The notes beneath the pieces are model-generated. The model saw only the letters and a list, made by a program, of their open reading frames with translations, was not told the origin of the DNA and searched no databases. A DNA stretch of 64,000 bases, taken from an uncultured delta proteobacterium (lineage in GTDB: Bacteria > Desulfobacterota > Binatia > Binatales > Binataceae). This document shows, piece after piece, positions 9,066 through 19,252 of this stretch (the first letter of the stretch is position 1; the number at the start of each line of letters is the position of its first letter). The stretch lies in contig CAVXXK010000003.1 in assembly GCA_963765675.1 (NCBI GenBank), positions 352,001 through 416,000 of the forward strand. The letters are read 5' to 3'. The position numbers and the translations under genes are program-made.

Positions 9066-10855
9066 ATGGCGGATCGGGTGGCGACGTTGGCCTTGGGATT
9101 CGAGCGGCAGGTCGGGAAATACGGCGATCGCAAGTTTCTACAGGAAAAGCGGAACAAGGAGTGGCAGAGCCATTCGTTCAACGCGGTTTCCGCGGCGGCC
9201 GGCCGTCTGCGCGGAGGTCTGGCCAAGCCTGGGAGTTCGCCCCGGCGACCGGATCGGAATCCTTTCCGATAATTCTCCGCAGTGGATCATCGTCGATCAG
9301 GCTACGCTCGGACTCGGCGCCATCGTGGTGCCGCTGTACACCACCAGCGGCGTCGAAGAGACCCGTCATGTAATAGAGCGACTCGGGCGCGAGGATTGTC
9401 GCAGCCAACGGACCCGAGCACGTGAAGAAGCTGCTCGCGATGGCGCCGTCGATCCCCGAAATGACCGCGATTATCGCGATCCATCACGGCGCCGAGCCGC
9501 AACCCGCCGCGAACGGCGGATCTCCGGTGCTGACGCTCGACTCGGCCAGCGCCGATTCCGCCGCGCCGGTCGTTCAGGGCTCGCCCGACGATCTGGCGAC
9601 GATCATCTACACCTCGGGCACAACGGGACCGTCCAAGGGCGTGATGCTCACGCACGGGAACATCCTGGCTAACTGCTACGACGCGCTCGAAGCGCTGACG
9701 CTCAGCGATACCGACCAGACGCTCTCGGTTCTGCCGATTGCGCATTCGTTCGAGCGCACAGCAGGATACTACGCGGTCACGATGGCGGGCGGATCGATCG
9801 CGTTCGCCGAAGGCCTGACCTCGATCGCGGCGAACCTGCAGGAGATTCGGCCGACCGTGCTGCTGGTGGTGCCGCGACTGCTCGAAGTGATTTACAGCCG
9901 AGTGATGAAGCAGGTCGAGTCGGGCCCCGCCTTCAAGCGCGCGATGTTCAATGCGGCGGTATCGGTCGGCAAGCAGGCCGCGGAGTATCGGCATCATGGA
10001 AAGAACGTGCCGCCGCAGCTCGCCGCTCCGATGGCGATATTCCGCAAGCTGGTGTTCGCGCGGATCAACGCGGTCTTCGGCGGACGGCTGCGCTATCTTA
10101 TTTCCGGCGGAGCGCCGCTGCCCAAGGAGATCTTCCGCTTCCTCGCCGCGGCGGAAGTTCCGATCGTCGAGGGTTACGGACTCACCGAGGCGGCGCCGGT
10201 CGTGTCGGTGAACCTCGATCGCGGACGGACCCGAATCGGCACCGTCGGCCGCCCGCTCGCGACCGTGGAGGCGAAGACCGCGCCCGACGGCGAGCTGCTG
10301 CTGCGCGGACCCAACGTGATGAAGGGCTACTACAAGCGCGAGGACGACACGCGCGAAACGATCGACGCCGAAGGATGGCTGCATACCGGCGACATCGCGA
10401 GCATCGACGCCGAGGGCTTTATCGCGATCACCGATCGCAAGAAGGAGATCATCGTGCTCTCCGGCGGCAAGAATATCTCGCCGGCGAATCTCGAGACGCG
10501 CCTCGCGACCGACCCCTACATCGCGCAGGCATGCGTGATCGGCGACCGGAGAAAGCATCTGGCGGCGCTGCTGGTCCCGAACCTCGAAAACCTGGGCGAC
10601 TATCTCAAGACCAACGGACTCGACGCCAAGCGGCCCGAGGAGCTGGTCGAGACGCCTGCGATCCGGCAGCTATTTGGATCGAAGCTCAAGGAGTTCAACA
10701 AGCCGCTCTCGGACGTCGAGGCGATCTCGGCTTTCACGCTGGTAGCGCGTCCATTCTCGCAAGAGAACGGCGAGCTGACCCCGACGCTCAAGCTCCGCCG
10801 CAAGGTAGTGCAGGAGCATTATCGCGAGCAGATAGAATCGATGTATCGGGATTGA
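9066..10855 (+). CDS. Long-chain fatty acid-CoA ligase (two apparent +1 frameshifts, near 9229 and 9379)
   Basis: Joined frames read GGLAK|LGVRPGDRIGILSDN...EETRHVI|DSGARIV. IIYTSGTTGPSKGVML, EGYGLTE and GWLHTGD AMP-binding motifs are present. Confidence 0.9.
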
Positions 10856-10887
10856 GGCGTGATATTCTGAAGGTACGCTCGATCCCG

Positions 10888-11673
10888 ATGCCCGAATATA
10901 GCGGCAGATTTGAGTCCACCGTTCCTTACTACGCGCGGTTTCGTCCGCGCTATCCGGCGGCGCTGTTCGAGCTGATCGCGGAGCGGCGCGGGCTGGACGG
11001 TCGCGGGCGGCTGCTCGACCTCGGATGCGGCCCCGGATTTATCGCGATCGCGATGGCGCCCTACTTCGCCGAGGTTGTCGGCGTCGATCCCGAGCCTGCG
11101 ATGCTCGACGCGGCGCGCCACGAAGCCGCACGCGCGCAGGTGGCGCTGACGCTGGTTGCGGGAAGCTCGCAGACGCTCGGTCCCGAGTTCGGCGCGTTCC
11201 GGATGGCGACGATGGGGCGCTCGTTCCATTGGATGGATCGCGACGCGACACTGGCGGCGCTCGACACGATGATCGAGCCGGGCGGCGCAATCGCTCTTAT
11301 TGGCGAGCGGCTGCTCGACGCGCCGGAGAACGGATGGCGCGCGGCGTGGGAGATCGTGTCGCGCAAATATGCGACGGCGCGCGCGCACCGGCGTCACTGG
11401 ACCAATCCCGCGTGGGAGCGGCACGAGACCGTGGTGCTCCGCTCGCCCTTCTCCGTTATCGAACGGGTCGCGGTGTCGGGCCGACGGACCTCGAGTCTTG
11501 ACGATTTGATCGGCCGCGCCTACTCGATGTCTTCGACGTCGATCGCTTTCCTGGGCGATCGGCGCGAGGCGTTCGAGCGCGAGCTGCGCGCGGCGCTGCT
11601 CGAATTCTCGCCCTCGGGAATGTTCGAAGAGATCGTCGAGAGCGAAGCGCTTCTCGCCTCGCGGCCGGCGTAG
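10888..11673 (+). CDS. Class I SAM-dependent methyltransferase
   Basis: YARFRPRYP, LLDLGCGPG, GVDPEPAML, SFHWMD. Start trimmed to ATG 10888. Confidence 0.9.
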   Translation: MPEYSGRFESTVPYYARFRPRYPAALFELIAERRGLDGRGRLLDLGCGPGFIAIAMAPYFAEVVGVDPEPAMLDAARHEAARAQVALTLVAGSSQTLGPEFGAFRMATMGRSFHWMDRDATLAALDTMIEPGGAIALIGERLLDAPENGWRAAWEIVSRKYATARAHRRHWTNPAWERHETVVLRSPFSVIERVAVSGRRTSSLDDLIGRAYSMSSTSIAFLGDRREAFERELRAALLEFSPSGMFEEIVESEALLASRPA

Positions 11674-11679
11674 CCGAAT

Positions 11680-12942
11680 TCACTCGGGCGTGACCGCGAT
11701 CAGATCATCGACCTGGCGCAGGCTCGGGAACATCCACATCCACAGCGCGACCACGCCGATAGTTCCGATTCCTCCGATCACCACCGAGGCGACGGTGCCG
11801 AACCACGCGGCGGTGACGCCCGACTCGAACTCGCCGAGCTCATTCGAGGTGCCGATGAACAGCGAGTTGATCGCGCTGACCCGCCCGCGCATCGCGTCGG
11901 GAGTCGCGAGCTGCGTCAGCGTATGGCGGACATAGACGCTGATCATGTCCGACGCTCCCAGCACGACGAGCGCGCCGAGCGACAGCGCAAAATTTTGCGA
12001 GACGCCAAACACGATCGTCGCGATTCCGAAAATCGCGACGCATCCGAACATCGTCAGGCCGGCGCGGCGCCGCAGCGGAATCCTCACCAGGCCAAGACCC
12101 ATCACGGCGGCTCCCAGAGCGGGCGCGCTGCGGAGCAGGCCCAGCCCGCCCGGACCGACGCGCAGGATGTCGCGCGCGTAGATCGGGAGCAGCGCGGTCG
12201 CGCCACCGAGCAGCACCGCGAACAGATCGAGCGAGATTGCGCCCAGGATGATCGGCTGCGTCCGGAGATATTCGATTCCCGCCGTCACCCGCGCGAACGC
12301 GCTTTGTCCCGGCGGCGGAGCCTGATGAACGCTCTGCGTGTGGATCAGCGCGAACGCGAGCGCGACTACCGAGAACATCGCAAGGCACATCCCATACGCC
12401 GCGAGCGCCCCGAACACGTAGAGCAGTCCTCCCAGCGCGGGACCCGCGATAGTCGCGATCTGGCGGGCCGACGAAGTCCATGCGACCGCCTCGGGAAACT
12501 GCTCGACCGGAACCAGCAGCGGCAGGAACGCATCCGATGCCGGCCGCACGAACGCGCGCACGACCCCGAGCAACGCGAGCACCGCATAGAACGGCGCGAT
12601 CACGCGATAGTCCGCGAAGGTGAGCGCCAGCAATGCGCCCGCGCAGAGCGCTTGGACGACAAATCCAATCGAGAGAATCGTGCGGCGGTTGCGGCGATCG
12701 GCCAGATCGCCCGCGGGCAGCGCGAGAATCGCCATCGGCAGAAACTGCGCAAGACCCGCGTAGCCGAGGACCAACGGTTCGCGCGCGATGTCATAGATCT
12801 GCCAACTGACCGCGACCGATTGCGCCGCCGACGCGAGCGACGCAAGAAACATCGCGAGCAGGAACAGCTTGAAGTCGCGGCGGGCAAAGACGCTTTCGCG
12901 GCGCTCCGGCGAGGACTCGAATGACGGCTCGGGAAGGTCCAT
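11680..12942 (-). CDS. MFS transporter (MFS_3/EntS-like)
   Basis: About 12 TM; GDLADRRNRR motif A; GAISLDLFAVLLGG; TPDAMRGRV. Confidence 0.9.
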   Translation of the reverse strand: MDLPEPSFESSPERRESVFARRDFKLFLLAMFLASLASAAQSVAVSWQIYDIAREPLVLGYAGLAQFLPMAILALPAGDLADRRNRRTILSIGFVVQALCAGALLALTFADYRVIAPFYAVLALLGVVRAFVRPASDAFLPLLVPVEQFPEAVAWTSSARQIATIAGPALGGLLYVFGALAAYGMCLAMFSVVALAFALIHTQSVHQAPPPGQSAFARVTAGIEYLRTQPIILGAISLDLFAVLLGGATALLPIYARDILRVGPGGLGLLRSAPALGAAVMGLGLVRIPLRRRAGLTMFGCVAIFGIATIVFGVSQNFALSLGALVVLGASDMISVYVRHTLTQLATPDAMRGRVSAINSLFIGTSNELGEFESGVTAAWFGTVASVVIGGIGTIGVVALWMWMFPSLRQVDDLIAVTPE

Positions 12943-13099
12943 GGCGCGGTTCCTACTGACGCCACAGCGATCGCCGCCAGGCAAGTGCGTTGCGCGGACG
13001 TATCAAACCGGCGCGCCATCGATCGCAAAGAGGCTGTATCTTCGCCCGGCGCAACAGCATAGGATGTCGCTATAACGGTCGGATTGTTTCCTTCATCTG

Positions 13100-13124
13100 A
13101 ATCCGGGAATTAGCCCGGATTTTC
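13100..13124 (+). promoter_or_regulatory. Stem-loop followed by a T-run in the leader of the RRM gene
   Basis: AATCCGGG-AATTAG-CCCGGATT then TTC; lies about 45 nt upstream of the start codon. Confidence 0.4.
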
Positions 13125-13165
13125 TGTTCGAGCTTTCCCGGCAAATACCTAACGGAGGGCAAATA

Positions 13166-13495
13166 ATGCCCAGCAAGTTGTACGTAGGCAATCTGGCCTA
13201 CACGGTTTCTAATAGCGACCTCGAGTCACTTTTCTCACAGGTCGGACAGGTCGCGAGCGTCGCGGTTATCATGGACAAGTTTTCCGGCCAGTCGAAGGGA
13301 TTCGGCTTTGTCGAGATGACCAATGCGGAAGATGCCTCGAAAGCAATCCAGCAGTTCAATGAGACGGAACTCAAGGGACGCAATATCAAGGTCAATGAAG
13401 CCAAGCCTCGTGAGTCTGGCTTCGGCGGCGGCGGCGGCAATCGCAGCGGCGGTGGAAACCGCAGCGGCGGCGGCGGCGGGCGCGACCGCTGGTAG
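13166..13495 (+). CDS. RRM (RNP-1) RNA-binding protein with a Gly-rich tail
   Basis: KLYVGNL (RNP2), SKGFGFVEM (RNP1), VNEAKPRE, GGGNRS repeats. GGAGG RBS. Confidence 0.96.
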   Translation: MPSKLYVGNLAYTVSNSDLESLFSQVGQVASVAVIMDKFSGQSKGFGFVEMTNAEDASKAIQQFNETELKGRNIKVNEAKPRESGFGGGGGNRSGGGNRSGGGGGRDRW

Positions 13496-13506
13496 GATGA
13501 CATCCC

Positions 13507-13537
13507 AAGGGCGGGCTTCGGCCCGCCCTTTCTTTCT
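13507..13537 (+). terminator. Rho-independent terminator after the RRM gene
   Basis: AAGGGCGGGC-TTCG-GCCCGCCCTT perfect stem with a UUCG loop, followed by TCTTTCT. Confidence 0.85.
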
Positions 13538-13591
13538 GTCGATTCCGCATGCTTGAGTACTTGAGCGATTTGATCCACAGGAACCAACCGC

Positions 13592-13801
13592 ATGAATGAA
13601 AAACGCCGCAAGGAACAACTGCGAAAACAAAAACAGCAGGACAAGGAACAGCGCAAAGCCCGGCGCTTAGCTGAAAAGAAGACCAACCCGGGCGGCCTCG
13701 ACGCCGACTTGGAAGGAATCGTCGCCGGACCTCAGCCCGGCCAGATTATTAACCTCGACGAGGATTTGCCTGCCCCCTCCGTGACGCGCACCAACGAGTG
13801 A
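13592..13801 (+). CDS. Small basic/acidic hypothetical protein
   Basis: 69 aa: K/R/Q-rich helix (EKRRKEQLRKQKQQDKEQRKARR) and a DADLEGIVAGPQP motif; AGGA upstream. Confidence 0.65.
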   Translation: MNEKRRKEQLRKQKQQDKEQRKARRLAEKKTNPGGLDADLEGIVAGPQPGQIINLDEDLPAPSVTRTNE

Positions 13802-13988
13802 GCGCCGATGGCAGGGGTCCGCCTATCGGATCTCGCGATCCACCGGAATCTTTTTAAATCAACTACTTAGTGGCTTCGTTCAGTCAATTTCTATGGGCTC
13901 CTGCGCTCGGGACTATCGCGATTCTTACGTCCTGAAGCGCGACTCTTCGCCCCGTCACTTCGAACCATAGGGCGCACCGCGCGAATCC

Positions 13989-15446
13989 TTAGCGTGCGCT
14001 AGGGGTTGCTGCTTCCATCGCCCGGGTGGAGGGCACCGTGGAACGGCGGCCGGAAACTTCGGCACCGGCATGACGCTCAAGCGAATAGTACATAAGCGCC
14101 GACACCAGTGAGAGTATGGCGGTGATTAGGAAAGCCGGAGTGAAATCCAGGGTCGACAACACTTTGGACCCGTGGAACCACAAGCTGAAATGCAAGACCA
14201 GCGCGCCGATCGTGATGCCGAGACTGAAAAAGAATTGCTGCGCCATGCTCGAGAGCGTCGATGCGCTGCTCATGGACTCGTTCGGAACGTCCGCGTAAGT
14301 GAGCGTTCCCAGCGCCGTGAACTGAAGCGAGCGCAGAAACCCTCCGACAAACAGCGCAGCAACGATCACGGTGTGCGGGGTTGATGGACGGAATAATGCG
14401 TAGCTCGCGAGAATCAACGCGCACAAGATGCCGTTGCTGATCAGCACGGACTTGAAGCCCAGCCGCTGGATAATTGGTCCGGCGGTCGGCTTCATCAGGA
14501 GCGCGCCGCAAGCGCTGGTGAAGGTCAGCATCCCGGAAGCGAATGGTGTCAATCCAAACACGAGCTGCAATAGCATCGGGAGCAGGAAGGGCAACGCGCC
14601 AATTCCGATCCTGAACAGTCCGCCGCCGACCGTCGAGATCGCAAAGGTCGGGATTTTGAGTAATCTCAGATCGACGATCGGATGAGGAATGCGCCGGGCG
14701 TGAAAGACATATGATCCAAGGCAGATGCCGCCGGCCGCGAGCACGCACATCGTCACGCCGGCCGGCACAATCGCGCGGCCGATCGTTTCAAAGCCAAATA
14801 CCAGGCCCGCGAGGCCGAGTCCGGTTAAGACGAAGCCGCGCAGATCGAGAGGCCCTACCTCCGCGGCGCTCACGTCCTCGATGAACATCGAGACCAGCGT
14901 TATGCCCAGAATCCCGATCGGCACGTTGATAAAGAAAATCCAGCGCCACGACCAGTAGGTCACGATAAAACCGCCGACCGGCGGTCCCACCACCGGGCCG
15001 AGCACCGCGGGCACGGTCAGATAGGACATCGCGGTGACTAGGTTGGCCTTCTCAACGGTCTTAAGAACGATCACCCTTCCGACAGGCACCATCATCGCGC
15101 CGCCGAAGCCCTGCAGGATGCGCGAGAAGACGATCGTGGAGAGTGATCCAGACAGGCCGCACAGCACGGAGCCGAGCGTGAAGATCACGATCGCGGCGCG
15201 AAAGACCGTGCGGCAGCCGAATCGGTCCGCCATCCATCCGCTGATCGGCACGAAGACCGCGAGGCTCAGCATGTAGGCGGTGATCGCTAGATTGAGCCTG
15301 ATCGGATCCTGATGTAGCGACGTCGCCATCGCGGGCAGCGCGGTCGAGATGACCGTGGAATCGAGCATCTCCATGAACAGCGCGCATCCGACGATCAGAG
15401 GCGCGACCAGTTCGGTCGGTGCCGTACGATTCGTGCCGGGATCCAT
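13989..15446 (-). CDS. DHA2 (EmrB/QacA-type) MFS efflux transporter
   Basis: LFMEMLDSTVISTALP, GWMADRFG, RILQGFGGAMMVPVGR, WRWIFFINVPIG; about 14 TM. Confidence 0.93.
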   Translation of the reverse strand: MDPGTNRTAPTELVAPLIVGCALFMEMLDSTVISTALPAMATSLHQDPIRLNLAITAYMLSLAVFVPISGWMADRFGCRTVFRAAIVIFTLGSVLCGLSGSLSTIVFSRILQGFGGAMMVPVGRVIVLKTVEKANLVTAMSYLTVPAVLGPVVGPPVGGFIVTYWSWRWIFFINVPIGILGITLVSMFIEDVSAAEVGPLDLRGFVLTGLGLAGLVFGFETIGRAIVPAGVTMCVLAAGGICLGSYVFHARRIPHPIVDLRLLKIPTFAISTVGGGLFRIGIGALPFLLPMLLQLVFGLTPFASGMLTFTSACGALLMKPTAGPIIQRLGFKSVLISNGILCALILASYALFRPSTPHTVIVAALFVGGFLRSLQFTALGTLTYADVPNESMSSASTLSSMAQQFFFSLGITIGALVLHFSLWFHGSKVLSTLDFTPAFLITAILSLVSALMYYSLERHAGAEVSGRRSTVPSTRAMEAATPSAR

Positions 15447-15963
15447 AGAGATGTATCTGATTCGAGGCCCAGGCGCGGGTCAAATGGAGCGGGCGATGAG
15501 AGTCGCGGTGCGGAGTTTCAAAATCCGGAGAGGAGATCGTTTGGGGCGATCGGAACCGCTCCGTGGGCGCGGCGATTGCGAGAGGCGGCCGATCTATCGC
15601 ACGGAAGCCCGAACGCAAGAGCAATCACGCTCAGGAGAAGGAATGTAAATTCTCCGCTCGCGCATCCGGACTTCCGAGGTCGATACGACTCCATCGACAG
15701 GACGCTGCCCGGCTTTTTCAACGCGTGGAGACGCGGGGCTCGGCTGCTCATCCGTTTTATCATCGATCTCGCAACCCAATTCCGTCGATCATCAGGAATC
15801 GAGAGCAATTGCCACGCCACTCGTGATCGTGCCCAAAGCGGTGAATTCTCTTGCGGGGGCGGATCGGGAGCTCGCGGACATTCCAGATTGAAATGGCGCG
15901 GCATCTCAAAATGAATTGGAACTCCCGATTTCGGTTTTCTCAGTGAACTATTGATTTGATAAA

Positions 15964-16848
15964 ATGCGGAGAATGCGCGTACCGGAACAAAATCTCGCCG
16001 CGGTTTGGGACCAAGGGTTCACCATCGTCGAGAACTTTCTCGATCCCGACACGCTATCGGCGGCTCAGCAGGCTCTGTGGGAAATTTACCCAAGGCCCGA
16101 GGACTACTTCAGGGCATCCGATGAATTTCCAGAGTTCAGTCGCGACCAGTTCGCCGGCCTGCGGCTATTTCCTTACAACTCCTGGGCGCTGAATCATCTG
16201 GCCGTGAACCGCGACCTGGTCGACGCCGCCGAGCGCCTGCTGGGAACTCAGGATCTTGAAATCTACAAGATCGAGTTGTGGGCAAAGTACTCTGGAGCCG
16301 CCAATTATGATCAGGCGCATCATCGCGACTACGGAAATCACAGTCTGGTGGTGCCGCGTGCGGACCGGCAGCACACCCAAATGACCACCTTCATTATGCT
16401 CTCGGAGGTGACCGCCGATGATGCGCCTACCAAACTGGTTCCGCTGAAGTTCAGCCGGGTGCAGCCGCTCTCGACTCGCAGACTGCCATTCGGCGAACTT
16501 TTCGATCATGAGGTCGCGGCGACCGCTCCCGCGGGAAGCCTGCTGATCTACAAGACCGACATCTTTCATCGCGGTTCCGACTTCACCGGCGTAAACCGCT
16601 CGCGCTTCATGATGCTCGCCGATTTTCAGCAGCGAGGATGGCGCTGGCAAGGCAAGATGAGCTGGCCGCATCGCGCGAACATGCCGGGCATGTGCGAGGC
16701 GATCGTGCGGATGACGCCGCGCGAGCGCGATCTTTTCGGCTGGCCGCCGCCCGGAAGCGAATATTGGAACGAACAGACCATCGCGGATGTGGCGGCGCGA
16801 TATCCGGGTTTGGACATGACGCCCTACCTTAAAGCGTCCGCGGATTGA
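15964..16848 (+). CDS. Phytanoyl-CoA dioxygenase (PhyH)-family Fe(II)/2-oxoglutarate oxygenase
   Basis: QGFTIVENFL, HRD (HxD iron ligands), distal FHRG and Arg. Confidence 0.85.
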   Translation: MRRMRVPEQNLAAVWDQGFTIVENFLDPDTLSAAQQALWEIYPRPEDYFRASDEFPEFSRDQFAGLRLFPYNSWALNHLAVNRDLVDAAERLLGTQDLEIYKIELWAKYSGAANYDQAHHRDYGNHSLVVPRADRQHTQMTTFIMLSEVTADDAPTKLVPLKFSRVQPLSTRRLPFGELFDHEVAATAPAGSLLIYKTDIFHRGSDFTGVNRSRFMMLADFQQRGWRWQGKMSWPHRANMPGMCEAIVRMTPRERDLFGWPPPGSEYWNEQTIADVAARYPGLDMTPYLKASAD

Positions 16849-16860
16849 TCGCGCGAAAGC

Positions 16861-16904
16861 TCAGCGCGCGGCGAGCGCCAGAGCATCATCACCTCGATCC
16901 AGCC
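16861..16904 (-). repeat. Degenerate direct copy of the last ~13 codons of the HdeD-family gene (17040-17078)
   Basis: tcagcgcgcggcgagcgccagagcatcatcacctcgatccagcc versus tcagcgggcggcgagcgcgagcatcacttcggtccagcc. Confidence 0.7.
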
Positions 16905-16962
16905 TTGGCGCCAAAGCGCGTCCAACGCTGCGTACGGTTGGAACCGCAGCGAGGTCTGGGTT

Positions 16963-16993
16963 GTCCCTCTCCCAACGAGATTGGGAGAGGGAC
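16963..16993. repeat. Perfect 13-bp inverted repeat (REP-like CCCTCTCCC/GGGAGAGGG hairpin; possible bidirectional terminator)
   Basis: GTCCCTCTCCCAA-CGAGA-TTGGGAGAGGGAC between convergent genes. Confidence 0.75.
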
Positions 16994-17039
16994 TTAAGCA
17001 CCTCGGCGGCCGGGTTTGCCTTGTCGCGTGACGCGGAAC

Positions 17040-17582
17040 TCAGCGGGCGGCGAGCGCGAGCATCACTTCGGTCCAGCCGTCGACGACGAAATCGATTCCG
17101 ATAAACAGGCCGATCACCCACAGACCCGATACCGGCCACGAAGCCGCGATCGAAATCCCGAGTATCAGAGCGATCGCGCCATTGAAGATGAGCCATCCGC
17201 GATGATGTATTGGCGTGCCGAAAGCGACGAAGAGACGAAACGCGCCGGCCACGATCAGGATCATCGCGATCAGCAACGTGATCGTGATCGCGGCGATATG
17301 CGGCTCGGCGACGATCAGCAAGCCCGCGACCACGTAGAGTATCCCGGCGATCAGGTTGATGAAGAACCCGCCCCATCCGCGGCGCGCAAAGCCGTGCACC
17401 ACTTCGATCACACCGCTTATCACCAGCAGCCACCCGAGCAGCAGCATCGAGACCAGCGTCATCGCGAAAGTGTCGCCGAGCGCGATCACGCCGCAGATGA
17501 TCAGCAGGATGCCGATCACCAGGAACCACGTGCGATGCGCGCGGACTTCCTCGATTCCGGGAACGACCAAGAGACCGGCCAT
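17040..17582 (-). CDS. HdeD/DUF308 family membrane protein
   Basis: WFLVIGILLIICG, LGWLLVISG, WLIFNGAI, WPVSGLWVIGLFIGID. Start trimmed to ATG 17582 with an AAGGAGG RBS. Confidence 0.9.
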   Translation of the reverse strand: MAGLLVVPGIEEVRAHRTWFLVIGILLIICGVIALGDTFAMTLVSMLLLGWLLVISGVIEVVHGFARRGWGGFFINLIAGILYVVAGLLIVAEPHIAAITITLLIAMILIVAGAFRLFVAFGTPIHHRGWLIFNGAIALILGISIAASWPVSGLWVIGLFIGIDFVVDGWTEVMLALAAR

Positions 17583-17626
17583 GGCGAAGCCTCCTTCGGT
17601 GTCGGCGATCAGCCCATCATCTCGAT

Positions 17627-19066
17627 TTAGAAGCCGGGCGGCCGCGGACATCCGCCGACCAGACCGGCCATGCGCTTGGCGAGATCGAGCGTTGTGCGAT
17701 CCTCGAGGTATGGACCGACGATCTGGATTCCAATCGGAAGCCCGTTCTTCAGGCGGCCGACCGGAATGACCGTCGCAGGCAGATAACACGCTCCCGCCGG
17801 CGCCATCCAGGTGGTTAGACTCCAGTAGGGCCGCTGCTCGCCACCAATCGTAGCCATCCGGCTGGCGATCGGCTCGGAATGATCGTGAGGGATCGCCGCG
17901 CACGGCATAACCGGCAGCAACATCGCGTCCCAATTGGTGAAGAACTCTTCCCAGCGCTTGCGCATCTGCAGGCGACGCTCGTTGTAGCTGAGCCATTGGC
18001 GATGGCGCATCGCGAGCAGGCGGCGAGTCCTGGCGGCCGGCGAGTCGCCCGGCGTAGCGGCGTATTCGTCGAGACGATCGTTAGGCACGCCGCCTGCCAG
18101 CGCGGCTTGCAGCAACGCGGAGAACGTCTCCGCGACCTTCTCGAGCGTGAACTCGGGACGAGCGTCGTGATCGACGCGCGCGCCGGCCGTCTCGAGCGCC
18201 TGAGCGGCCTTCTCCAGCAGCTCGCGCACGTCGGGCTCGACGCGGCACGCGGGATCATCGAGCCACGCGGCCACGCGATAATCCTTGAGCGTCCGGCGCC
18301 GCGGCGGCGGAAGCTTGAGCCGCCACGCGGGATGCTCCCAGCGATTCGGGCCGGCCATGATGTCGAGGCCGAGCTTCAGATCCTCGACCGTGCGCGCCAT
18401 CGGTCCTGCGACCGCGAGATCGGCCATCGTCAGCGTTCCCGGAGGACCGGGAATCTGTCCGTGCGCGGGGACGATCCCATAGCTCGGCTTATGGCCGACG
18501 ACGCCCGACATATGCGAGGGCAGACGAATCGAGCCGCCGATATCGCTGCCGAGCTCGAGCGGCGTGAACCCACACGCCAGCGCGGCTGCAGATCCGCCCG
18601 ACGAGCCCCCGGGAGTGCGCGAAACGTCGTGAGGATTGTTGGTGGTTCCGAAAACCTCGTTGTAGCTTTGCAGGTCGCCGGCATAAATCGGCAGATTGGT
18701 CTTGCCGAAGATAACGGCGCCGGCCTCGCGCAGGCGCGCCACCGGCCACGCATCTTCTTTCGGGATGAAATCTTTCAGCTCCGGCGCGCCCGAGGTGGTG
18801 CGCATCCCGGCGGTCTGGAAAGAATCCTTGATCGTCATCGGAACGCCGTGCAGAGCGCCGCGCACCTCGCCACGCGCGAGGGCGGCATCGGCGGCGTCGG
18901 CCTCGGAGCGGGCGCGATCGGCGTCGATCGTCACGACGCAGTTGATGGGCTTATCAAGCGCGGCGACGCGCGCCAGAAAATAGTCGAGGGCTTCGCGGCT
19001 GGAAATCTCGCGGCGCCGGATTTTTCTCGCAATAGCGGTAGCGCTCAAATGGGCAAGCTCGGACAC
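17627..19066 (-). CDS. Amidase signature family protein
   Basis: LHGVPMTIKDS, GKTN, TPGGSSGGSAAA, GSDIGGSIRLP (Ser-cisSer-Lys triad). Confidence 0.95.
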   Translation of the reverse strand: MSELAHLSATAIARKIRRREISSREALDYFLARVAALDKPINCVVTIDADRARSEADAADAALARGEVRGALHGVPMTIKDSFQTAGMRTTSGAPELKDFIPKEDAWPVARLREAGAVIFGKTNLPIYAGDLQSYNEVFGTTNNPHDVSRTPGGSSGGSAAALACGFTPLELGSDIGGSIRLPSHMSGVVGHKPSYGIVPAHGQIPGPPGTLTMADLAVAGPMARTVEDLKLGLDIMAGPNRWEHPAWRLKLPPPRRRTLKDYRVAAWLDDPACRVEPDVRELLEKAAQALETAGARVDHDARPEFTLEKVAETFSALLQAALAGGVPNDRLDEYAATPGDSPAARTRRLLAMRHRQWLSYNERRLQMRKRWEEFFTNWDAMLLPVMPCAAIPHDHSEPIASRMATIGGEQRPYWSLTTWMAPAGACYLPATVIPVGRLKNGLPIGIQIVGPYLEDRTTLDLAKRMAGLVGGCPRPPGF

Positions 19067-19252
19067 GGCGGCCTCCTGTGGATGTAGTTGCTCAGCTTGT
19101 CAGTAGCCGATCGGAAAAAGAAGTCAAGCGGGCCACGTCTCGACCACGGCGATTCGCCGCTCCCGTGGTAGCGGCAAGCGGGCTTTGGTACCGTGTCCCG
19201 CATTGAGGCCGACGCGTCGCGGCGGCGGAAGCTTTTCGAAGGTGCGAACCTT

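Noticed and set aside
10375-10887. N-terminal extension of the methyltransferase ORF suggesting a large fusion
   Set aside because: Overlaps the acyl-CoA ligase in another frame; recognisable sequence begins at ATG 10888.
13419-13480. GGC-rich tandem repeats
   Set aside because: They encode the ordinary Gly-rich tail of the RRM protein.
15518-15914. Several 60-130 aa ORFs in the gap between the DHA2 transporter and PhyH genes
   Set aside because: No recognisable motif. The one strong RBS (AGGAGAAGGA) leads to ATG-TAA. A frameshifted small gene cannot be excluded but is unsupported.
17583-17996. N-terminal extension of the HdeD-family ORF; same issue for 35963-36253, 40579-40761 and 41360-41446
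   Set aside because: These overlap neighbouring genes or the NsrR operator. Downstream starts have an RBS or stop-start coupling and match domain boundaries.
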